Of a stretch of 64,000 nucleotides of DNA, positions 53,987 through 64,000 are shown one piece after another. The stretch is from an uncultured bacterium (GTDB lineage Bacteria > Zixibacteria > MSB-5A5 > CAIYYT01). The position numbers and the translations under genes were made by a program. The notes under the pieces are model-generated. The model was not told the DNA's origin, made no database searches, and saw nothing but the letters and a program-made list of their open reading frames with translations. The stretch is taken from positions 640,001 to 704,000 of the forward strand of contig CAVSCK010000003.1 in assembly GCA_963726455.1 (NCBI GenBank). The letters run 5' to 3'. Every line of letters begins with the position of its first letter. Positions within the stretch are counted from its first letter, which is position 1.

Positions 53987-54268
53987 GGGAGTCTCCCTTT
54001 CTGTTGGGCAGTTATCTGTTTAGTTCTTTCTGTCTCTGGCCTCGGGCTTTGACAGCAAAGCTCAACTAAGTCCATTCTAGGGCAAACGGACCCGATTACC
54101 AAAACATCTGTGAACCAGACTTCTACATCTTCGACATTTAGATATACAACCAGCTTGTGGCAATATGCCCATCTTTTTCGAAAATCGTGCCTCCCGGCGA
54201 ACCCGAGGTTTGTATATTATTACAGATTACTTCAGCGTGGGGGCGTCGACCATAACTGTGAGGATTTC

Positions 54269-54859
54269 ATGATTACGCCCAAGGTTCGCGACATCGTGAC
54301 TATGATTGCCATGCTTACATTATTTGTTCTGTTGTCAAATCCTGCCGACGTGGTTGCTCAATCGGTCGCGCCCGCCGACAGTGTGCACTGGGTCGATCTG
54401 GAATCGGGATTTGCAACTGCCCGGTCAGCAAATAAGCCCGTCTTTCTCTGGTTCTATGGCGACGACTGCCCCTACTGCCAGAAAATGCGGGAGAAGGTTT
54501 ACACCGACACCGGAGTAGTCCGGCGCCTCAACGCCAGTTTCGTGCCGATCAAAATCGAGGGCTCATCCCAGAAGCGGATCACTTACGACAGCGTCAGCAT
54601 GACCGAAGCAGATTTCGCGAGACAGAAGTTCAACGCCCGCCGCATTCCGTCAACCTGGTTCGTCGAACCGAACGGCTGCCGCATCCGGCATCTCAGTGGG
54701 TACAGACCAGTTGGCGATATGATAATTAATCTCGATTCCGTCGCGACCAAGCTGTATGGCGAATGCCAGAACGTGTCCCTCGCCAATCCGCCACGAAAAC
54801 CGACCCTGCTGCCTGATTCGCTCTGGAAACCGCCGGCTGCGGACTCGACGAAGAAATAA
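54269..54859 (+). CDS. Exported thioredoxin-fold protein
   Basis: Signal peptide; KPVFLWFYGDDCPYCQKM; cis-Pro region RIPST. Confidence 0.8.
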   Translation: MITPKVRDIVTMIAMLTLFVLLSNPADVVAQSVAPADSVHWVDLESGFATARSANKPVFLWFYGDDCPYCQKMREKVYTDTGVVRRLNASFVPIKIEGSSQKRITYDSVSMTEADFARQKFNARRIPSTWFVEPNGCRIRHLSGYRPVGDMIINLDSVATKLYGECQNVSLANPPRKPTLLPDSLWKPPAADSTKK

Positions 54860-54900
54860 GCAGGAGTAAGTCGAGCGCCAACGTCGTGAGTTGCGCTTGG

Positions 54901-57723
54901 CTAGGCCTTCAATTCCTCTTTCAGAAACTGTCCCGTATAAGATTCCTTAACCCGTGCGACGTCTTCGGGAGTGCCGATGGCAATGACTCTGCCACCATCA
55001 TCGCCACCTTCGGGGCCAAGGTCAATGATATAGTCTGCTGTCTTGATGACGTCAAGATTGTGCTCGATCACGACCACCGTGTTGCCACGATTTACCAATT
55101 CATTCAGAACCAATAACAGCATCTTGATGTCTTCGAAGTGCAGGCCGGTCGTCGGCTCATCAAGGATATAGAGCGTGTTGCCGGTGGCAGTCTTGGAAAG
55201 CTCGGTCGCCAGCTTGACACGTTGGGCTTCACCACCGGAAAGCGTGGTGGCCTGCTGGCCCAGATGGATATATCCCAGGCCCACTTGCTCCAGAACTTCG
55301 AGCTTCTTTCTCAGTGGAGGAATGCTGGCAAAAAACGGCGATGCCTCCGACACGGTCATGTCGAGAACTTCGGCGATTGACTTCCCTTTGTATTTCACTT
55401 CCAGAGTCTCGCGATTGTAGCGCTGTCCATGACAGACCTCGCATGGCACATAGACATCCGGCAGGAAATGCATTTCGATCTTGATGATGCCGTCCCCTTC
55501 GCAGGCCTCACATCGTCCGCCCTTGACATTAAAACTGAATCGTCCCGGCTGATAACCGCGGAGTTTCGATTCGGGCAGCTGAGCATAGAGATCGCGAATG
55601 AAGGTAAAGGTGCCGGTGTACGTCGCCGGATTGGATCGCGGAGTGCGGCCGATCGGCGACTGATCGATATCAATTACCTTATCTAGCAAATCCAGACCGA
55701 CGATCTTGTCGTATCCCAACGGCTCCTGGCGTGAATCCCAGAAGTGTTTGGAGAGTATTCGATAGAGTGTCTCATTGATCAAAGTTGATTTGCCCGAACC
55801 GGATACGCCGGTCACGCAGGTGAGCACGCCGATGGGAATGTCGATATCGACCTTCTTGAGATTGTTCCCGCGTGCGCCTTTGATGGCCAGCCATTTGCCG
55901 TTGCCGTTGCGGCGCCGCGCTGGAATCGGAATCGTCTTCTTGTGCGAAAGATACTGACCGGTGATTGACTTAGGATTGCGCATAATCTGGGCCGGCGTAC
56001 CTGCGGCGACTATCTTGCCGCCATTAATTCCGGCGCCGGGTCCAAGGTCAACGACATAGTCGGCGCGCTGAATGGTTTCGCGATCATGTTCGACCACGAG
56101 CACCGTATTGCCCAGGTCGCGCAGCTCCATCAAGGTGTTAAGCAATCGGCCGTTATCTCGCTGGTGCAGACCGATCGACGGCTCATCGAGAATGTAGAGC
56201 ACACCTACTAGCCGCGAACCGATCTGAGTTGCCAGGCGAATGCGCTGCGCTTCACCGCCGGACAACGTCGAGGCCACACGGTCGAGGGTCAGATAATCGA
56301 GCCCGACGTTGACGAGAAAGCCGAGGCGCTCCTTAACTTCTTTCAAAATCTGCCGGGCAATGGTTGCCTGTTTGTCAGTCAGCGACAATTTCTGAAAGAA
56401 CTTATGCGCATCCTTCACCGACATACCCGTTACACCGTTGATTGGCTGACTGCCCACGTATACCGACATTGCCTCACGCTTGAGACGCGAGCCCTTGCAG
56501 ATTTGACAAGGCGACATCGACATGTACTGCTCGATCCAACTGCGCACTCCGGCCGATTCGGTCTGTTTGTAGCGCCTTTCCAGATGCGGGATCACGCCTT
56601 CGAATTTGCTCTTGAATTGGCCTTTGTGGCGGCCCTCGCGCGATTCGTACTTGAACAGCAATTCGGCAGTAGATCCGTACAGGACTGCATGCTGTTGCTC
56701 TTTGGTAAGGTCAGCAAAGGGAGTCGTGAACTTGAAGCCAAAATGATCGGCAACTGCGCGCAACATCGTGCGATACCAGTTGGCCATATCAGAACGCCAG
56801 GGATGGATGGCGCCATCATTGATGGACAACATAGGATCGGGAACCACGCGCTCGGGGTCGATCTCCATCTTATGTCCGAGTCCGAGGCAGCCGGTACAGG
56901 CGCCGTAAGGCGAGTTGAACGAAAACATGCGCGGCGACAACTCTTCGAAAGAGATGTCGCAATTCGGGCAGGCGTATTGCGTCGAGAAGGCGCGCGCCGG
57001 TTCGTTGCCCTGCACGATCGATACCATGCCGCCGGACAACTTGATGGCGGTTTCAATTGAGTCCGCCAACCGTGTCGTAATCGTCGGCTTGACAACAAGG
57101 CGGTCTACCACTACCTCGATCGTGTGCTTCTTATTCTTGTCAAGTTTGATCTCGCTGTCGAGATCTTTCGGCTCGCCGTCAATCCGCACCCTCACAAAGC
57201 CATCTTTTCTGATGTCGTCCAATACATCGCGATGTTCGCCCTTGCGACCACGCACCATCGGCGACAGCACCTGGATACGGCTGTTTTCGGGGTATTCCAT
57301 CACGGCATCAACGATCTGAGAAACGGTCTGCTGTGCTATCAGTGCGCCGCACTGATAGCAATGCGGCTCACCGACGCGGGCATAGAGAAGCCGGAGATAG
57401 TCGTAAATCTCCGTTACCGTGGCGACGGTCGATCGTGGATTTTTGCTAGCCGAACGTTGCTCGATACTGATTGCCGGCGACAGTCCGTCGATGAAATCAA
57501 CATCCGGTTTTTCCATCAGGCCGAGGAATTGACGGGCATACGCCGACAGCGACTCGACATAGCGGCGTTGCCCCTCGGCGTAAATAGTGTCAAAGGCGAG
57601 TGATGACTTTCCCGAACCCGACAAACCGGTGATAACCACCAGTTGGTCGCGCGGGATGTTCACATCGATATTCTTGAGGTTATGTTCGCGAGCCCCCTTA
57701 ATTCGTATATATTCAGCCGACAT
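54901..57723 (-). CDS. uvrA: Excinuclease ABC subunit A
   Basis: [32 protein letters not shown], two ABC domains and zinc fingers. Confidence 0.98.
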   Translation of the reverse strand: MSAEYIRIKGAREHNLKNIDVNIPRDQLVVITGLSGSGKSSLAFDTIYAEGQRRYVESLSAYARQFLGLMEKPDVDFIDGLSPAISIEQRSASKNPRSTVATVTEIYDYLRLLYARVGEPHCYQCGALIAQQTVSQIVDAVMEYPENSRIQVLSPMVRGRKGEHRDVLDDIRKDGFVRVRIDGEPKDLDSEIKLDKNKKHTIEVVVDRLVVKPTITTRLADSIETAIKLSGGMVSIVQGNEPARAFSTQYACPNCDISFEELSPRMFSFNSPYGACTGCLGLGHKMEIDPERVVPDPMLSINDGAIHPWRSDMANWYRTMLRAVADHFGFKFTTPFADLTKEQQHAVLYGSTAELLFKYESREGRHKGQFKSKFEGVIPHLERRYKQTESAGVRSWIEQYMSMSPCQICKGSRLKREAMSVYVGSQPINGVTGMSVKDAHKFFQKLSLTDKQATIARQILKEVKERLGFLVNVGLDYLTLDRVASTLSGGEAQRIRLATQIGSRLVGVLYILDEPSIGLHQRDNGRLLNTLMELRDLGNTVLVVEHDRETIQRADYVVDLGPGAGINGGKIVAAGTPAQIMRNPKSITGQYLSHKKTIPIPARRRNGNGKWLAIKGARGNNLKKVDIDIPIGVLTCVTGVSGSGKSTLINETLYRILSKHFWDSRQEPLGYDKIVGLDLLDKVIDIDQSPIGRTPRSNPATYTGTFTFIRDLYAQLPESKLRGYQPGRFSFNVKGGRCEACEGDGIIKIEMHFLPDVYVPCEVCHGQRYNRETLEVKYKGKSIAEVLDMTVSEASPFFASIPPLRKKLEVLEQVGLGYIHLGQQATTLSGGEAQRVKLATELSKTATGNTLYILDEPTTGLHFEDIKMLLLVLNELVNRGNTVVVIEHNLDVIKTADYIIDLGPEGGDDGGRVIAIGTPEDVARVKESYTGQFLKEELKA

Positions 57724-57868
57724 CAATTACCTCCAAAACAAGCGCAACCTTGGAATATAGATACGCAGAGTAGCACGCGCAATCACTATTAGGTGTTCTC
57801 TGGCAAACTGGTGAAGAGTGATTGCCAAATGGTGTGGAAGCGGCTGAGAAAACCCACTGCGGGCTTGG

Positions 57869-58294
57869 CTAGCCGGTGGCGCGCAATCGGTTGTAATACA
57901 ATATGCTGGACAAGACCATGCCAAGGCCGATCGCGAGATAGATCGGCGCCAGATAAGTTCTGGGCAGGCCCGAATGACGGAGCCCATAACCCATAGCCAT
58001 CATGACTACGATGATGATGTAGCTGCGCGTGTTCTGGAAGGCGAAGATACAGACTCTGTCTTTTTGTGGCGCTTGTTCATATATACGAACGAGGTTCTTT
58101 CTTACCAGTCCGGCGAAACCGAAGCGATACACGATGTATCCTCCGCAGACACCAATCGAACTCACTACGAGGACGGAGTGGTTCTCGGTCAGCAGCCAGT
58201 GTACGGCTACGGAGATCAAGGCGAGACCTACCAGTGACCACACCAAACCGGCCATAAGTACGAGCGTTTCTCTGCGTGCTGCGGGAGCGTTCAT
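57869..58294 (-). CDS. Hypothetical membrane protein (about 4 TM)
   Basis: Hydrophobic ORF with CIFAFQ..RSY...MM.MG..LR. Confidence 0.6.
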   Translation of the reverse strand: MNAPAARRETLVLMAGLVWSLVGLALISVAVHWLLTENHSVLVVSSIGVCGGYIVYRFGFAGLVRKNLVRIYEQAPQKDRVCIFAFQNTRSYIIIVVMMAMGYGLRHSGLPRTYLAPIYLAIGLGMVLSSILYYNRLRATG

Positions 58295-58436
58295 GCCGAA
58301 AAATAATATCTGGTTCAATTTGCGGGTACTAGAAAACGAGCACCGGTACTCCATGGCTGAATAATTGTCGCCTGCGTGCGTCGATTACCTGCGAGGCAAT
58401 TTGAAATGAGTATGTCTCCGGGGAAATCCAGCCAAC

Positions 58437-58463
58437 AAAAAAGGCAGCCAAAACGGCTGCCTT
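58437..58463 (-). terminator. Terminator of the PEP-CTERM gene
   Basis: aaggcagcc/ggctgcctt stem preceded by an A-tract on the plus strand (U-tract on minus). Confidence 0.8.
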
Positions 58464-58489
58464 CTACATCAGCTTAACTGACGCTACAA

Positions 58490-59122
58490 TTACTTGGTGC
58501 GTCTGCGCAGGGTGCCGATTCCGGCCAGTCCCAGACCAAGCAGCATCAGAGTGCCCGGTTCCGGAACTACGTTCTGATCCTGCTCTTGACAGTAATCAAG
58601 CATTAGGATGGAGCGGTCAAGGCGGAACCTACGCTCGCCGGCCGTGATTCTGCAGTCGATCGTACCGTCGTTCCAGAATCCCGGTTCGTCTACGTGAGCC
58701 AGGTTGTACGTGGTATTATCCTGCAGGTGATCGTTCAACGGATCCCAGTCGAAGGTGCCTTCGATGCGAATCTCGTTTTCATTATTATCGATTTCATAAC
58801 CGTCGATCCAGAGACGCGCTCTGAGAATGTGATCCGGCGGTACTGAGAGGCCGTTCGGAAGCGTGTGGGCCCAGTTCATGTCGTCCGGATAGCCATGCTG
58901 AGTGCCAATCCACTCACCAAGTGGACCTGAGGCCGAGCTGCCGTCGTAGAAGTTGACCAGCGACGCATAATCATAGGTATGATTGTCACCGCTGAACCCA
59001 TACGCGGCTCCGCCAGCGAAGTCCCAGTTCGAGTAGATGAATTCGGCCGAGGCGAATGCCATTAGCTGCGCAGGCACCAACATGAGTGCGAGTACAACTA
59101 GACCATAGACTAGAAATTTCAT
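58490..59122 (-). CDS. PEP-CTERM sorting-domain surface protein
   Basis: Signal peptide; C-terminal VPEPGTLMLLGLGLAGIGTLRRRTK; GGAGG RBS. Confidence 0.92.
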   Translation of the reverse strand: MKFLVYGLVVLALMLVPAQLMAFASAEFIYSNWDFAGGAAYGFSGDNHTYDYASLVNFYDGSSASGPLGEWIGTQHGYPDDMNWAHTLPNGLSVPPDHILRARLWIDGYEIDNNENEIRIEGTFDWDPLNDHLQDNTTYNLAHVDEPGFWNDGTIDCRITAGERRFRLDRSILMLDYCQEQDQNVVPEPGTLMLLGLGLAGIGTLRRRTK

Positions 59123-59170
59123 TTGTCCTCCTGAATAAAACCAAAGTTTTATGTTGTCGCGCACGTCAAA

Positions 59171-59186
59171 AGCAATTGACGTGCCA
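59171..59186 (-). promoter_or_regulatory. Sigma54 (-24/-12) promoter of the PEP-CTERM gene
   Basis: Minus strand reads TGGCACGTCAATTGCT, matching the TGGCAC-N5-TTGCW consensus. Confidence 0.85.
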
Positions 59187-59272
59187 ATTCGCGATTGCGC
59201 GCATAACGCACGGTGTTTCAATGCGATACACATAGGAGAGGCACTAAGTCCCATCTTACCAAACATGCCAAA

Positions 59273-59389
59273 TGTCCAATAATGCGACAGTTTGGCTTAA
59301 AAAATCGAGTCCGGACAGAACTATTGCGCTATGTAACAAGAAGTTACGATTCACGCAGGCGAAACAAAACCGTGTCGGAATTGTTGACA
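59273..59389. promoter_or_regulatory. Putative enhancer (bEBP) sites
   Basis: TGTC-N9-GACA at 59273-59289 and 59373-59389, exactly 100 bp apart; GTAAC-N5-GTTAC at 59333-59347. Confidence 0.55.
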
Positions 59390-59463
59390 AAATCGCACGA
59401 GAATTGGCCTATTTGCTGTGAAATCAGCAAGGCAGACAGTTGTGCGCCTCATACGGTGGAAAT

Positions 59464-60051
59464 TCAGAGTTTTTTGCGCACAATCGCCCGACTAGCTGAC
59501 GGGCGCTTGGCTTCCTTGAATCCGGCCTTGATATAGGCGGGCAAAACGCCGGTCCAGACCCAGGGGTCGGGCAGCTTCTTGGTAGTTATTGATGGATAGC
59601 CCTCGATCACAATGCCACCCTGCGAACGAGCGTAGTCTTGAGCCGCCCTTAACATGGCGACCGAGACCCCGGCTCTGCGGTACGCCGGGTTTACGAATAA
59701 GCAGCTGACTGACCAAACCGGCTGGTCATCAAGGGGAGCAAATGACCGCGATTTCTCCAATCGCACGAAGGTCTCGCGGGGCGCCACAGAACACCAGCCA
59801 ATCGGAATTGCGCCGTCGTAAGCCAGGATCCCGGGGACTTGGCCTGACTTGATCAGCTTCCTGAAGGCCTTCTTGTTACCGTCGCCTTTTCCTGCCACGA
59901 ATTCTTTGCGGGAGCAGCGCCAATACATGCACCAACAACCGGCGCAAGCGCCCCGCTCACCGAACAGCTTCGCGAGATCGTCCCAGCGATCTTTGGTCAC
60001 CGGTTCGAAGTGCAGCTTGGCACCCGCTTTAGAAGCGGCCGTCTTCTTCAT
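59464..60051 (-). CDS. GNAT acetyltransferase (CWC-type)
   Basis: GCWCMYWR, GWCSVAPR, WSVSCLFV...RR.GV and EGYP. Confidence 0.85.
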   Translation of the reverse strand: MKKTAASKAGAKLHFEPVTKDRWDDLAKLFGERGACAGCWCMYWRCSRKEFVAGKGDGNKKAFRKLIKSGQVPGILAYDGAIPIGWCSVAPRETFVRLEKSRSFAPLDDQPVWSVSCLFVNPAYRRAGVSVAMLRAAQDYARSQGGIVIEGYPSITTKKLPDPWVWTGVLPAYIKAGFKEAKRPSASRAIVRKKL

Positions 60052-60120
60052 CTCTCGTTACCTCCGCTCTCGGAATACGCCGTCTTCCTCAAGATGTTGT
60101 CCCATTCCTGCGAGAGCAAC

Positions 60121-60146
60121 AAAAAGGGCAGCCAAATGGCTGCCCT
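60121..60146 (-). terminator. Terminator after maeB
   Basis: agggcagcca/tggctgccct stem with an adjacent A-tract. Confidence 0.75.
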
Positions 60147-60177
60147 CGATAATCGCGTTAAGAATTGCCTGACTGTA

Positions 60178-62433
60178 CTAATGCTTCCGGCAATCACTCG
60201 CTTCAACAGTGGCCAGCGCCGCCATCGTTACGACCTGCTCGACATCATTCTGGCGATGCAGGACGTGCACTGATTTCTTCATACCCATCAGGATCGGGCC
60301 GATGATTTCGGCGTTGCCGAGTTTGTTCATCAGCTTGTAGGCGATATTCCCCGAAGCCAATTCCGGGAAGATAAATACGTTCGCTTGTTCCTGTAATTTA
60401 CTGAAAGGATACATCGACTTGAGCATCTCGGGATCGGCTGCAGTATCGGCCTGCATGTCGCCATCGACAACCAGTTCCGGATGTTCGCGATGAAGTATTT
60501 CGACGGCCTTCTGCACCTTCTTGACCAACGGATGCTTGACCGATCCGAAGTTGGAGAAGGACAGCAGCGCGATCCGCGGTTCGACACCGAAGCGCCTGGC
60601 AGTCTCAGCACAGCAGAGCGTGATTTCCACCAGTTGCTCCGCCGTCGGATCGATATTCACGGTAGTATCTCCGAAGAAGTACAGCTTGTTCTTGATCATC
60701 AGCACAAACATCCCGCTCACGACCGAAAGGTCTTCACGCTTGCCAATGACTTCCAGCGCCGGACGGATGGTCTCTGGATAGTGCTGCGTCACGCCGGCCA
60801 GGAACGCATCGGCGTCCCCCATGTGTACCATCATCGTGCCGAAGTAGTTTGGATTGTGCATCAGCGCGCGGGATTCGTCCAGTGCTACGCCTTTCTTCTG
60901 GCGCAGCCGGAACAGCTCATTGACATACTTTTCGTAGAATTGGCTAGTGCGCGGCCTAATGATCTCGATACCGGAAAGATCGATATCATTCTGTTGCGCG
61001 ATCTCTTTGATTTCATCCTCGCGGCCCAACAGCATCGGCTTGGCAAATCCTTCGTCAACAATGATGCGCGCGGCGCGCATAATCTGAGTCGAAGAACCTT
61101 CGCTGAAGACGATGCGTTTCGGGGCCTTCTTGGCGCGGTCAATCATCATGCTGCGAATCTCGCGTCCCATGCCGAGGCGGTGTTCGAGTTGACGCTTGTA
61201 TTCCTCGATATCAACTTTCGAGCGAGCTACTCCGCATTCCATCGCGGCCTGCGCCACGGCGGACGCTTCCCAAATCAACACGCGCGGATCGAACGGTTTG
61301 GGGATAATGTACTCGCGGCTGAACTTGAAACTGGAGACGCCATAAGCGCGCGCCACAATATCGGGAACGTCTTCCTTGGCCAATCTTGACAACGCCATCG
61401 AAGCCGCGATCTTCATCGGTTCGGTGATCGCGCTGGCGTGAACGTCGAGGGCGCCGCGGAATATGAACGGAAATCCCAGCACGTTGTTGACCTGGTTGGG
61501 ATAGTCGGAGCGCCCGGTCGCCATGATGACGTCCTTGCGGGCGTCTTTTGCGTCCGGGTAGGTGATTTCGGGGTCGGGATTTGCCATCGCGAAAATGATT
61601 GGATCTTTCGCCATCGACTTGACCATTTCTTTGGTCACCAGATCTTTGGCCGACACACCGACAAATACATCGGCCTCTTTAAGAGCATCTCCGATTGTCT
61701 TGCAGTCGGTCTTGCGCACGAATTCCTGTTTGTATTTGTTCCAGTTTGGTTCACGTCCTTCGTACAAGACGCCTTTGCTGTCGCACATCATGATGTTCTC
61801 AGTCTTGACGCCCAATGCGAGATACAGTTTGGCACAAGCAATGCCTGCGGCGCCGGCGCCGGAAAAGACTACGCGTATTTTGGAGATATCTTTGCCATTA
61901 AGTTCCAAAGCGTTCATCAGCGCAGCTCCAGAAATGATCGCGGTGCCGTGCTGGTCATCATGGAAGACGGGAATTGACATTGTCTTCTTGAGAGTCTCTT
62001 CGATCAAGAAGCATTCGGGTGCCTTGATGTCTTCCAGATTGATTCCGCCGAAAGTCGGTTCCAGGAGCTGAACGACCTTGATTACGTCCTCGGGATTTTC
62101 CGAGGCCACTTCGATGTCGAAAACATCCACGTCGGCAAATCTTTTGAAAAGAACGGCCTTGCCTTCCATGACCGGTTTGCCGGCCAATGCCCCGATGTTT
62201 CCGAGTCCGAGAACGGCTGTGCCGTTGCTGACTACGGCAACGAGGTTCCCCTTGGCAGTATACAAGTAAGCATCGGCAGGATTTTTCTCGATTTCCAAGC
62301 AAGGCACCGCAACACCCGGTGTATATGCGAGAGACAGGTCGCGCTGAGTGGCACACGGCTTGGTCGCGACCACTTCGATCTTGCCCCTGCGTCCCATGGA
62401 ATGATAATCTAGAGCTTCTTCTTTCTTAATCAC
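60178..62433 (-). CDS. maeB: NADP-dependent malic enzyme with phosphotransacetylase-like domain
   Basis: [41 protein letters not shown] and a C-terminal PTA domain. Confidence 0.96.
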   Translation of the reverse strand: MIKKEEALDYHSMGRRGKIEVVATKPCATQRDLSLAYTPGVAVPCLEIEKNPADAYLYTAKGNLVAVVSNGTAVLGLGNIGALAGKPVMEGKAVLFKRFADVDVFDIEVASENPEDVIKVVQLLEPTFGGINLEDIKAPECFLIEETLKKTMSIPVFHDDQHGTAIISGAALMNALELNGKDISKIRVVFSGAGAAGIACAKLYLALGVKTENIMMCDSKGVLYEGREPNWNKYKQEFVRKTDCKTIGDALKEADVFVGVSAKDLVTKEMVKSMAKDPIIFAMANPDPEITYPDAKDARKDVIMATGRSDYPNQVNNVLGFPFIFRGALDVHASAITEPMKIAASMALSRLAKEDVPDIVARAYGVSSFKFSREYIIPKPFDPRVLIWEASAVAQAAMECGVARSKVDIEEYKRQLEHRLGMGREIRSMMIDRAKKAPKRIVFSEGSSTQIMRAARIIVDEGFAKPMLLGREDEIKEIAQQNDIDLSGIEIIRPRTSQFYEKYVNELFRLRQKKGVALDESRALMHNPNYFGTMMVHMGDADAFLAGVTQHYPETIRPALEVIGKREDLSVVSGMFVLMIKNKLYFFGDTTVNIDPTAEQLVEITLCCAETARRFGVEPRIALLSFSNFGSVKHPLVKKVQKAVEILHREHPELVVDGDMQADTAADPEMLKSMYPFSKLQEQANVFIFPELASGNIAYKLMNKLGNAEIIGPILMGMKKSVHVLHRQNDVEQVVTMAALATVEASDCRKH

Positions 62434-62747
62434 TTTTTCCTCTCCTCCGTTATAAGAGCAGTCGCCGGAATATAGTCTTTCTCCTATCGGTCGCCACTAT
62501 ATTTTGCGACTTTCTTGCACAGGTTTGTGCCTATTTTCACAATCTCCCCTGCCAAACCCGATAATTCCTGACTTCTATCATACGTCTGGATACCATGTTC
62601 TGAGGGCTGGGAAATGGGACTATTTTTTTATTTGACACCAATCGGTCTGACAATTACCAAGTGGTGGATTAGGTCATGTCATCTAATCCACCAATGTCGC
62701 GTATTATCGCTGAATATCAGTTTCCATACTGGAGGTAAATCAGGGCT

Positions 62748-63284
62748 ATGAAGAGAATGTTTGGGTATCTGCTCGCACTGCTGCTGGTATTTCTCAGCAG
62801 CATTTTTCTGTTGAAGACAACGGCTCAGGCAGCGTCAAAGGGTGAATCCTTGCTCAACAAGGGTGATTCGATTGCCGTCTACATCGACGCTGAGGATTTC
62901 GACGCGATCAAGGCCTCCAAGGCCGGCGCCAAAGTAAAGATCAAGGTCTTGGACAACGTCGTACGATCCGGAGAAAAGCTGATCAACAAAGGTGAGCCGG
63001 TCTATGCGACACTCACTAAGAGGAGTCGTGGAGGCGGTTACGGTGGCGGAGGAAATATCACATTAGCCATCGACTCAACGCACTCCAGTGCCAAAACGAA
63101 GGTGCCTCTCAAGGGCCAGGTGACGCTCAAAGGGAAAGGCGCGGGCTTCATAAAGATATTCTACTATGTCCCGTTGTTCCCAATCGGCTGGCTTTTCAAG
63201 GGCTCGGATGTCGAATTTCCGGAGGGTAAGAACGTTTTCAAGCCGGTAGTCGCCGACGACACGCCCGTTTATTACGAACGGTAG
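62748..63284 (+). CDS. Hypothetical exported protein
   Basis: GGAGG RBS, signal peptide ending AQA, beta-rich mature region. Confidence 0.65.
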   Translation: MKRMFGYLLALLLVFLSSIFLLKTTAQAASKGESLLNKGDSIAVYIDAEDFDAIKASKAGAKVKIKVLDNVVRSGEKLINKGEPVYATLTKRSRGGGYGGGGNITLAIDSTHSSAKTKVPLKGQVTLKGKGAGFIKIFYYVPLFPIGWLFKGSDVEFPEGKNVFKPVVADDTPVYYER

Positions 63285-63349
63285 AGGTCTTTGGAGCCCG
63301 GTAGGAGCGTTGTCTCCATGTCGGCCTAGTGACATGAAGCCACAATATA

Positions 63350-63380
63350 AGCGCCGTCAGGAATCTTTCCTGACGGCGCT
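63350..63380. terminator. Hairpin between convergent genes
   Basis: 14-bp perfect stem agcgccgtcaggaa/ttcctgacggcgct. Confidence 0.7.
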
Positions 63381-63397
63381 ACTATTCGTTGTTTAAT

Positions 63398-64000
63398 TCA
63401 GACTTCCGGGGACAGCAAGGTTTCCAGCACTGCCACATCCTTGTTCTCAATCGCTGAAGCCAATGCCTGAAGATAGGCGTCGATATCGTTCGCTTGCATA
63501 CAACATACCTTGATGTGGTTCTCACCAACAGCGGCGAACTCAAGCGCGCCTGCTTCCGGCGCTTCATATCTTGAAGAATATGCCAGTGACAAATCGAGAT
63601 CTTCTGACGGCTTGAAAACAAATTCCGACCAATTGATGAGCTTGCGGCTGGCAGATGGCAGAAGTCTGATTAGCCGCAGGAGATATCCATTTGAATAGGG
63701 CGTATTCCTGTCGGCATACAGCACCAGCCGTTGACCGCTTAGCAAGGCAGCGAGATTCCTTCGATAGTCGTCGAGATCGATGTCAACCAACTCCGACAAC
63801 CAGACATCATCGCCGACCGGGTTCTCGATTTCGAGTTCACCAAAATTCGCCAACTGTTCGGCGGTTCCTCCCGAAATCAGAAAAGATTCCAGTTTGTGAG
63901 GGGAGTAGTTGAACGACTGATACTGATCGGAAAACAAAATTGCAGAATGCCTCAGTAACGCTCCCCAGCGGCCGGAGAAATCTCTGCCGACATGGCTAAC
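63398..64000 (-). CDS. Partial protein, possibly with a GAP1-N2-like domain; 5' end outside window
   Basis: Frame is open to the window edge and reads VSHVGRDFSGRWGALLRHSAIL...LLRLIRLLPSASRKLINWSEF. Confidence 0.55.
   Translation of the reverse strand, partial: VSHVGRDFSGRWGALLRHSAILFSDQYQSFNYSPHKLESFLISGGTAEQLANFGELEIENPVGDDVWLSELVDIDLDDYRRNLAALLSGQRLVLYADRNTPYSNGYLLRLIRLLPSASRKLINWSEFVFKPSEDLDLSLAYSSRYEAPEAGALEFAAVGENHIKVCCMQANDIDAYLQALASAIENKDVAVLETLLSPEV

Noticed and set aside
58437-60146. Two similar GGCAGCC/GGCTGCC hairpins as a REP-like repeat
   Set aside because: Each directly follows a minus-strand gene with a U-tract, so they are ordinary terminators.
60481-61389. Long antisense ORFs (for example 302 aa opposite maeB, and others opposite clpC, uvrA and the M48 gene)
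   Set aside because: They are shadow ORFs of GC-rich coding strands and have no recognisable motifs.

Overview
This is a bacterial chromosomal window of mostly housekeeping genes. Two secreted proteins end in the tandem 'GDAxxxGxVxIxDxxxLIxYIFxxGxxP' dockerin-like tail typical of candidate phylum Zixibacteria, so that lineage is an inference. Contents in order: mcsB-clpC, an orphan rpmA, a probable NifS-SelD fusion, an M28 peptidase with a dockerin tail, an M48 peptidase, copA, the aspS/phoH/7TM-HD/ybeY/corC operon, a GT-C/Dpm1/WecA glycosylation cluster, accA, mreC-mreD-mrdA-rodA, a sirtuin, pyrK-pyrD-pyrF, pyrE, an ilvC-like gene, an ABC exporter, uvrA, a sigma54-driven PEP-CTERM gene, maeB and a partial GAP1-N2-like gene. 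Many conserved genes, including aspS, are broken by indels that look like assembly errors. The best candidate for a new system is a ~2.6 kb islet (9027-11654). It is bounded by a 75-bp direct repeat copying the 3' end of the M48 peptidase gene. It carries a sigma70 promoter, a radical SAM/SPASM enzyme, a 37-aa Cys-rich peptide missing from the ORF track (MNLMLRPQSLEVCELVELQPIMALNILLCGLCCVRVT, 10628-10741) and a TraB/Tiki-like metallohydrolase. Together these look like a putative thioether-type RiPP cassette.
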